DNA from: an uncultured delta proteobacterium
Lineage (GTDB): Bacteria; Myxococcota; Myxococcia; Myxococcales; Myxococcaceae
Direction: 5' to 3'
DNA length: 64,000 bases
NCBI GenBank assembly: GCA_963713045.1
Contig: CAVQKE010000004.1
Location: 672,001 to 736,000 of the forward strand
Numbering within the stretch: the first letter of the stretch is position 1; each line of letters begins with the position of its first letter. Below the pieces are notes generated by a model, which saw nothing but the letters and a program-made list of their open reading frames with translations, was not told the origin of the DNA and did no database searches. Positions 58,015 through 64,000 of the stretch are shown here, one piece after another. The translations under genes and the position numbers were made by a program.

Positions 58015-59076
58015 CTAGCCGATCCACCCGCCGCCGAGTACCTCCGGGCCGCGGTAGAAGACGGCCGCTTGCCCCGGCGTGACTGCCCGGACTGGCTCCA
58101 ACAGCTCAACCGAGAGTCTGCCCCCCTCAAGGGGTGAGACCCGCGCCGCCGCGCCGGCGTGCCGATGCCGGATGCGCACCTGGACCGTTTCGTCAGAAGC
58201 CGGGCACCCATCCACCCAAGACGGACGAAGCACGGTAAAGCGGTCGCGCTCCAGCGCGCGAGCCGGGCCCACCACCACCCGTCGGCGGTCGGCGTCGATG
58301 CGCTCGACGTACAGCGGGGTCGGGGCCGACAGTCCGAGGCCTCGTCGCTGCCCCACCGTGAAGCGGTGGATGCCCTGATGTCGACCGAGCGTCGTGCCGC
58401 TGTCAGTCACCACCTCACCGGACGGCTGCGGGCCGGCGACGCGTTCAACGAAGCCCGCGTAGTCCCCGTCCGGGACGAAGCAAATCTCCATACTCTCCGG
58501 CTTGTGGCTGGTGGGGAGCGCCCGCCGCTCGGCGACGGCGCGCACCTCGGCCTTGCGCAAAGCGCCAACCGGAAACAGGACGTCGCGCAAGGCCTCCTGC
58601 GACAGGCCGAACAGAAAATAGCTCTGGTCTTTGGCCGCATCGGCAGCACACAGCAACCTGTGCCGACCACCCTCTTGGGCGACGCGAGCGTAATGGCCGG
58701 TAGCCAGTTTCGCGCCCAAAGCGCGCGCCCGCTTCAGCAGGAAGCCAAACTTCACCGCCTCGTTGCAAGCGACGCACGGCACCGGTGTCCGGCCATGGAG
58801 GTACTCCTCGACGAAAGGCTGCACCACCCGCTCGCGAAACAACTCCTCGGCGTCGGCCACATAAAAGGGGATGCCCAGCGTCTCCGCCACGGCACGCGCG
58901 TCGTCGATGTCCTCGGGACTGCAGCAGCTTCCGCAGCGCGCGGCATCGGAATAACTCCAGACGCGCAAGGTGATGCCGAGGACCTCGTACCCGGCCTCTT
59001 GCATCAACACGGCGGCCGCGGACGAGTCCACTCCGCCACTCATGGCGACGACGACGCGCATCTTCACCGACGTCAT
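58015..59076 (-). CDS. mnmA: tRNA 2-thiouridylase
   Basis: [28 protein letters not shown]. Confidence 0.96.
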   Translation of the reverse strand: MTSVKMRVVVAMSGGVDSSAAAVLMQEAGYEVLGITLRVWSYSDAARCGSCCSPEDIDDARAVAETLGIPFYVADAEELFRERVVQPFVEEYLHGRTPVPCVACNEAVKFGFLLKRARALGAKLATGHYARVAQEGGRHRLLCAADAAKDQSYFLFGLSQEALRDVLFPVGALRKAEVRAVAERRALPTSHKPESMEICFVPDGDYAGFVERVAGPQPSGEVVTDSGTTLGRHQGIHRFTVGQRRGLGLSAPTPLYVERIDADRRRVVVGPARALERDRFTVLRPSWVDGCPASDETVQVRIRHRHAGAAARVSPLEGGRLSVELLEPVRAVTPGQAAVFYRGPEVLGGGWIG

Positions 59077-59079
59077 ATG

Positions 59080-60351
59080 TCAGCCTGGGGCCCCCGGCTT
59101 CAAGCCCTTCGCCTCCGCCCAGACGCGAAGGCCCTCCCGGAGGGTCGTCTCGGTGTTGCGCTCGGGAACTTCCAACACCTGGTCCAACAGCCAGCGGGTG
59201 GCCTCACCCACCATCGGGGAGGGTCCAACGCCGAGGACCTCCATCACCCCACGGCCATCGAGTGCCAGCTCTCGAACTGTCAGGGGCGGGTGGCTGGCCA
59301 GCACGCGCTCGACCTTGGTGCGAATGGCGGGAGCCGACGCGAGCCCACGCGCCGTGGTCAGCCAGAGCGCGTCGGGAACGTGCTCGGCGCCGAGACGTGC
59401 TGCCCAGCGTCGCACCTCGACGTCGTTCCAGGCCGAAGCGTCCTCTGGCAGCGGGTGCGCGAGGAGCCCGCGGACTTCCTCCACCGTCCGCCCAGGCAAC
59501 CGGAGCCGCTCGAGTACCGCCTCGGCTCGCTCTACGGAAAACAGGAGCGCCGACAAGCGCACCGCCAGCTGGGCCGGCACAGCCGCGACGGCTGCCCCGG
59601 CGCCGGCACCGGCCGCCGTCTCGAGTTCCGGAAAGGCCGCCGCCAGCAGGCCGGTGCGGTCTAAAAGGCGAAGCCCGCGCTCGACAGCCGGGGCCAGAAG
59701 CAGCTTCAAGAATTCGTCCCGCACCCGCTCGGGGGCCACCTTGCGGAAAACGGGGATGGCCCCGGGGATGGCTGCCTCGGTGAGTGCGTCCAAGTCGAAG
59801 TCAAGCACGGTGGCAAACCGCACGGCACGAAGCGGACGGAGTCCATCCTCGCCAAAACGGGCCGCCGCATCGCCCACGCTGCGCACCGTGCGTCGCGCCA
59901 AGTCCTCGAGGCCGGCAAAGGGGTCGCGAAACTCCCCCGCCCTGGGGTCGAAGGCCATGGCGTTGATGGTGAAGTCGCGCCGTGCCAAGTCCTCCACCAG
60001 GTCCCGCCGAAACTCCACGTGGTCCGGCCGCCGGCCATCGGCATAGCCCATCTCCACGCGGTAGGTGGTGACCTCCACCTTTGCGCCGCTGAGGAGCACC
60101 GTCACCGTACCGTGGGCGACACCGGTTGGAATGACTCTTCGAAACAACCGCTGGACCTCCGCCGGGACGGCTTGGGTCGCGACATCCCAGTCACCCGGCA
60201 CCCGGGTGGTGAGGAGGTCGCGAACACAGCCTCCCACCAGGAAGGCCTCGTGCCCGGCGCCGTTCAAGCGCTCCAACACTTCAAGAACGCCGGCTGGAAT
60301 GCGCGCTGCTTTCAGTGCGGCCGGCGGAGGTTTCGGTGCATCGCTACCCAT
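59080..60351 (-). CDS. cca: tRNA nucleotidyltransferase (CCA- or A-adding)
   Basis: VGGCVRD, DWD, EDLARRDFTINA, EDGLR; flexible loop EMGYADGRRPD present. Confidence 0.88.
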   Translation of the reverse strand: MGSDAPKPPPAALKAARIPAGVLEVLERLNGAGHEAFLVGGCVRDLLTTRVPGDWDVATQAVPAEVQRLFRRVIPTGVAHGTVTVLLSGAKVEVTTYRVEMGYADGRRPDHVEFRRDLVEDLARRDFTINAMAFDPRAGEFRDPFAGLEDLARRTVRSVGDAAARFGEDGLRPLRAVRFATVLDFDLDALTEAAIPGAIPVFRKVAPERVRDEFLKLLLAPAVERGLRLLDRTGLLAAAFPELETAAGAGAGAAVAAVPAQLAVRLSALLFSVERAEAVLERLRLPGRTVEEVRGLLAHPLPEDASAWNDVEVRRWAARLGAEHVPDALWLTTARGLASAPAIRTKVERVLASHPPLTVRELALDGRGVMEVLGVGPSPMVGEATRWLLDQVLEVPERNTETTLREGLRVWAEAKGLKPGAPG

Positions 60352-60371
60352 GGTAGGGAACCCAACCTCGC

Positions 60372-61328
60372 GTGTCCTCGTCAGCCACGTCCACCTCGAG
60401 TCTCACCCTCACAGCGGCTTCCCCACGCTCGTCCCGCTTCGCCTTGGTGGCAACAGCGCTCGGGGCAGCACATCTGGTGGCAATTGGTTTCACCAGCGGC
60501 CTTCGGTGGGAGCACGTGTTGGTGGATGGCCTTTTCATGGGATTGCCATGGTGCGGCGTGCAGGCACGAGCCGTCGCGCGCGCCTGCGTGCCGCTCTGGC
60601 TGACCGGCGTCTTAGTCGACGGGCAGAGGTTTCTTCCATTGCTTGGGCCCATCCGCACCGGCGATTTTCGGGCCCTGGAGTTGAGGTTTTTCAGCGCCGG
60701 GACGCCCCCCATCTCGTGGGCGGAGTGGTTCTCTGCGCGGCCTGTCCTCGCACTCGACCTCCTCTGTGGCGCCGCCTACGCCCTCTTCATTTACGAGTAT
60801 CTGGCAGTCGCCGTCGACTTCTTCTTCCGCGACCGAAAGAAGTTCGATGCTTTTGTGTGGGCCTTCTTCGTGGCAGTCCTGTCCGGTGCGGTCATCTACA
60901 TCCTCCTGCCGGTGGCGCCCCCTTGGTACATCCTCGAACATGGAACTGGACCGGCTGACCCTCATGCGGTGGGCAGTGCCGCCGGTTGCGCACGCTTCGA
61001 CGCCTTTTTCGGAATCCACTATTTTCAAGGCTTCTACGCCCGGAACCCGAGCGTCTTCGGAGCAATGCCCTCGCTCCACGTGACCTACCCCTTCCTGGTG
61101 ACCCTCTTTACCTGGACGCGGGGCTGGCGCTGGCGGCTTCCGACGCTGGCCTTCACCCTCCTCGTCTCCTTCGCGGCGGTCTACTTGGTGCACCATTATG
61201 TGCTGGACGTCCTGGCTGGCTACGCCGTGGCGGTGTGGTCCGCCAAAGCGGGCGTCTACCTCGGCCAGCGATTCGGTTCGCTCGCCCCCGCTGGCTCGGC
61301 CTCGGTGGCCTGGGTTTCGGCAAAATGA
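60372..61328 (+). CDS. PAP2-family membrane enzyme, AUR1/inositol phosphorylceramide synthase-like
   Basis: PVAPPWY, FGAMPSLH, VYLVHHYVLDVLAG; multi-TM. Confidence 0.8.
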   Translation: MSSSATSTSSLTLTAASPRSSRFALVATALGAAHLVAIGFTSGLRWEHVLVDGLFMGLPWCGVQARAVARACVPLWLTGVLVDGQRFLPLLGPIRTGDFRALELRFFSAGTPPISWAEWFSARPVLALDLLCGAAYALFIYEYLAVAVDFFFRDRKKFDAFVWAFFVAVLSGAVIYILLPVAPPWYILEHGTGPADPHAVGSAAGCARFDAFFGIHYFQGFYARNPSVFGAMPSLHVTYPFLVTLFTWTRGWRWRLPTLAFTLLVSFAAVYLVHHYVLDVLAGYAVAVWSAKAGVYLGQRFGSLAPAGSASVAWVSAK

Positions 61329-62647
61329 CCGACCAAAAGCGCAGTGGCATTCGGCCGGCGCGAGGGCGCCTCGGTGTCCTCACTCCGGGAGTTGGTGCTG
61401 TCGCGACCACCTTCTTTGCCGGATGCGAGGCTGTCAAACGGGGCTTCGGGCTGCCGGTGGGCTCACTGACGCAGATGGGCACCATCCGCCTCGGCTTGCG
61501 GACCGAGCGTCGGCAACCCTACATCCGAGACTTTGTGCCGCTGGCCCGGGTGGAGGACCTGGTGTTCGGCGGTTGGGACATCTTCCCCGAGGACGCCTAC
61601 CACTCGGCGCGCAAAGCGGGAGTTCTCGATGCAGCGCTCCTCGAGAAGCTTCGCTCGGAACTCCAAGCGATTCGGCCGATGGCCGCCGTCTTCGACGCGG
61701 AATTCGTTAAAAACCTCGAGGGCCCGAACGTGAAACGTGGCCCCACCAAGCTCGACTTGGCGGACCAGCTGCGCCGCGACATCCGCGGCTTCATCCGGCG
61801 CCACGAGCTCGACCGCTGCGTCATGGTGTGGTGCGGCTCGACCGAACGCTACCTGGCTCCCGGACCGGCGCACGCCTCGGTCTCAAGCTTCGAAGAGGCG
61901 ATGCGTGACAACGACCCCTCCATCGCGCCGTCGATGCTTTACGCCTACGCATCCCTGATGGAGGGAGTCCCCTTTGCCAACGGAGCACCCAACCTGACCG
62001 TGGACATTGCCGCGCTTCAGGCACTCGCCAAGAAGCTCCGCGTCCCAATTTCCGGAAAAGACTTCAAGACCGGACAGACCCTGGTGAAGACAGTCATTGC
62101 CCCAATGCTCAAGGCCCGAATGCTCGGTCTGGATGGCTGGTTCTCGACGAATATTCTAGGGAATCGCGACGGCGAGGTTCTGGACGACCCGGGCTCCTTC
62201 CGCAGCAAAGAGGTCAGCAAATTGTCCGTGCTCGACACCATTCTCGAGCCGGCCCTCTACCCTCAGCTCTACGGCGACTTCACGCACCAGGTCAACATCC
62301 ACTACTACCCCCCTCGCGGCGACAACAAGGAGGGATGGGACAACATCGACCTCTTCGGCTGGCTCGGGTACCCGATGCAGCTCAAAATCAACTTCCTATG
62401 CCGCGACAGCATTCTCGCCGCGCCACTCGTTCTGGATTTGGCCCTCTTGAGCGATTTGGCCGCCCGAGCCGGGATGTCCGGCATCCAGGAATGGTTAAGC
62501 TTCTATTACAAAAGCCCGATGGCGGCCCCCGGCCTCGACCCCGAGCACGATTTATTCATCCAACAGATGAAGCTGAAGAATAATCTCCGACACCTGATGG
62601 GCGAAGAACTCATCACCCATCTCGGAACCGAAGATTACGAGGCTTGA
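61325..62647 (+). CDS. ino1: myo-inositol-1-phosphate synthase
   Basis: FGGWD, WCGSTE, NGAPN, GKDFKTGQT, STNILGNRDG, RDSILAAP; ATGA overlap with the upstream gene. Confidence 0.93.
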   Translation: MTDQKRSGIRPARGRLGVLTPGVGAVATTFFAGCEAVKRGFGLPVGSLTQMGTIRLGLRTERRQPYIRDFVPLARVEDLVFGGWDIFPEDAYHSARKAGVLDAALLEKLRSELQAIRPMAAVFDAEFVKNLEGPNVKRGPTKLDLADQLRRDIRGFIRRHELDRCVMVWCGSTERYLAPGPAHASVSSFEEAMRDNDPSIAPSMLYAYASLMEGVPFANGAPNLTVDIAALQALAKKLRVPISGKDFKTGQTLVKTVIAPMLKARMLGLDGWFSTNILGNRDGEVLDDPGSFRSKEVSKLSVLDTILEPALYPQLYGDFTHQVNIHYYPPRGDNKEGWDNIDLFGWLGYPMQLKINFLCRDSILAAPLVLDLALLSDLAARAGMSGIQEWLSFYYKSPMAAPGLDPEHDLFIQQMKLKNNLRHLMGEELITHLGTEDYEA

Positions 62648-62765
62648 ACCCCACGCTGGCGGCAGCAGCGACGCCAGAACCGGGGGCGGAAAATTCAACA
62701 CCAAGGAGCCCGCCAGCGCGGACGCCGGCGAGGCCTGACGAGCAACGTCCCTTCCGGAGTTGGGG

Positions 62766-63419
62766 CTAAAGCCCCTCGCCCCAAGCGAGGCCGGCGTAGA
62801 TGCCCAACCATTGCTGAAAGTCGATGCTTCCAGAATGGAAGGCCATGTTGTAGCGCGTGCTAAGCTGCACTCCGAGCCCTTCGTTGACCGGGATAATGAC
62901 ACCCAACTCCGGCGCGACCCCGAACTGAACCTGCGTCGTCGAGTAGGAGTACAGGCCGATTCCGAGTTGCTGAGCGGTAATGTAAATACCAACGTCGACG
63001 CCTAGAAACGGCCTGACATCATTCTTGAGCTTGGGGACCCATCGAAAGGCGGCAAGAATTGGGAAAAAATTGAAGCTTCGGTCCTGATTCCCATAGACGG
63101 CAAAGCCCGCTTTCGAAACCCCTGGCAAATAGTTAATGGTGGTCGTTAGGTTTTGATAAAAGACGTTCCAGCCGAGCGCCAAGCCGATGGAAAAGGTCGG
63201 CTTGATCATCCAGCCCAGGTCGACGCCAATCCCGCGCCATTCCACGTCAGAAATGTAATTGTAGGTATTCCCGATGGGAATGCCGAGCTGGTACGTGACT
63301 GAGCCGTAGAAGATTTGCGCCGCCTTGTCCGGGGGTGGCCCCGAATAATACGACTGCGCTCCCGCCGACGCAGAGGCGAACAGCACTCCCAGCACGACCA
63401 TCGTCCGTAGCGTTCTCAT
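62766..63419 (-). CDS. outer-membrane beta-barrel protein
   Basis: Signal peptide (ASAGA), alternating amphipathic strands, aromatic-rich C-terminal strand. Confidence 0.75.
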   Translation of the reverse strand: MRTLRTMVVLGVLFASASAGAQSYYSGPPPDKAAQIFYGSVTYQLGIPIGNTYNYISDVEWRGIGVDLGWMIKPTFSIGLALGWNVFYQNLTTTINYLPGVSKAGFAVYGNQDRSFNFFPILAAFRWVPKLKNDVRPFLGVDVGIYITAQQLGIGLYSYSTTQVQFGVAPELGVIIPVNEGLGVQLSTRYNMAFHSGSIDFQQWLGIYAGLAWGEGL

Positions 63420-63433
63420 CGAAGCTCCCGGCC

Positions 63434-64000
63434 TCACGGCGCCGCACCAAGGTAGGGGGATTGCTTGAAGGCCTGCTCGATGCCGGAAGCGACATTGGAC
63501 GGGCTGACGCCGTAGGCAGTCAGTACGCCATTGAGCGCGCCGCCCCAGACAGCATTAATGACACCACCATCGGGGATGGACCCATCCGCTTGGGGCGTCA
63601 CCATGGTGATGACCAGGGTGCCGATGTTGTAGCTGTACGTGTACGTCGGCCCCCACGGGTAGTAATAGCCCCAACCGCCCCAGGGATAGTACGGGTAATA
63701 CCCACCCCAATAGCCATACCAGGGGTACGTTACCCAAGCGGTGTAGCTTTGGTTGAGAGCGCCAATCGTGACGACAAAACTCGGCGCGGCCTGACCAATT
63801 CCGGTCGCAGGGTCCATCAGCTGGTACCCGAGGTCGTTCAATTGATTGACGACAGTGCTGCAGATGGTGCTCGGAAGACTCGCGCTAAAGCCAGAGTCCG
63901 GTTGAAAAAACATGCCACCGTCCGCCAAGTTTTCAATCGCGCAGTTTTGAGGATTGGCGACCGTCGCTCCCGGAATGGAATACGTGCTGAGCGACTGAAA
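63434..64000 (-). CDS. DUF4136-like protein (5' end outside window)
   Basis: QLNDLGY, Y/W/G-rich loop, YSYNIGTLVITM, VWGG, AFKQSPYL. Confidence 0.65.
   Translation of the reverse strand, partial: FQSLSTYSIPGATVANPQNCAIENLADGGMFFQPDSGFSASLPSTICSTVVNQLNDLGYQLMDPATGIGQAAPSFVVTIGALNQSYTAWVTYPWYGYWGGYYPYYPWGGWGYYYPWGPTYTYSYNIGTLVITMVTPQADGSIPDGGVINAVWGGALNGVLTAYGVSPSNVASGIEQAFKQSPYLGAAP

Noticed and set aside
59080..60351. CC-only adding enzyme or poly(A) polymerase
   Set aside because: The flexible loop is present and no poly(A) polymerase signature was recognised; CCA- versus A-adding cannot be resolved by eye

Overview
High-GC bacterial chromosome segment whose gene content and order look myxobacterial (inference). 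(1) About 1-10.27 kb is a decayed accessory island abutting the 3' end of an initiator tRNA-Met gene. It carries a frameshifted tyrosine integrase, a second integrase relic, a PIN-toxin relic, an HxlR regulator, redox enzymes, cydAB, a hemerythrin and a DUF2934-like gene. Three sigma54-type promoter motifs lie upstream of cydA, the hemerythrin gene and the DUF2934-like gene. (2) About 10.4-60.3 kb is core genome: an S1-domain protein, murJ, an NtrC-type activator, an M23 peptidase, rsmI, a degenerate SMC-like protein, and rpsP-khpA-rimM-trmD-rplS interrupted by an IS1202-family element with a 15-bp target duplication. It continues with rlmN, ndk, sucCD, mdh, icd, gltA, a classical menaquinone cluster with its own DAHP synthase, pyrB-pyrC-carA, lepA-lepB, nucleotide-sugar genes (one frameshifted), a lapB-like gene, sppA, mnmA and cca. 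(3) About 60.4-64 kb holds an AUR1/IPC-synthase-like plus ino1 pair and a DUF4136-like/beta-barrel pair. The best unannotated candidates are a promoter-to-terminator ~135-nt structured small RNA at 32.2-32.3 kb, the putative sigma54 low-oxygen module with a 41-aa cydA leader ORF, the inositol-sphingolipid gene pair and the membrane-anchored pseudo-ATPase SMC-like protein. All calls come from reading the sequence; no searches were run.
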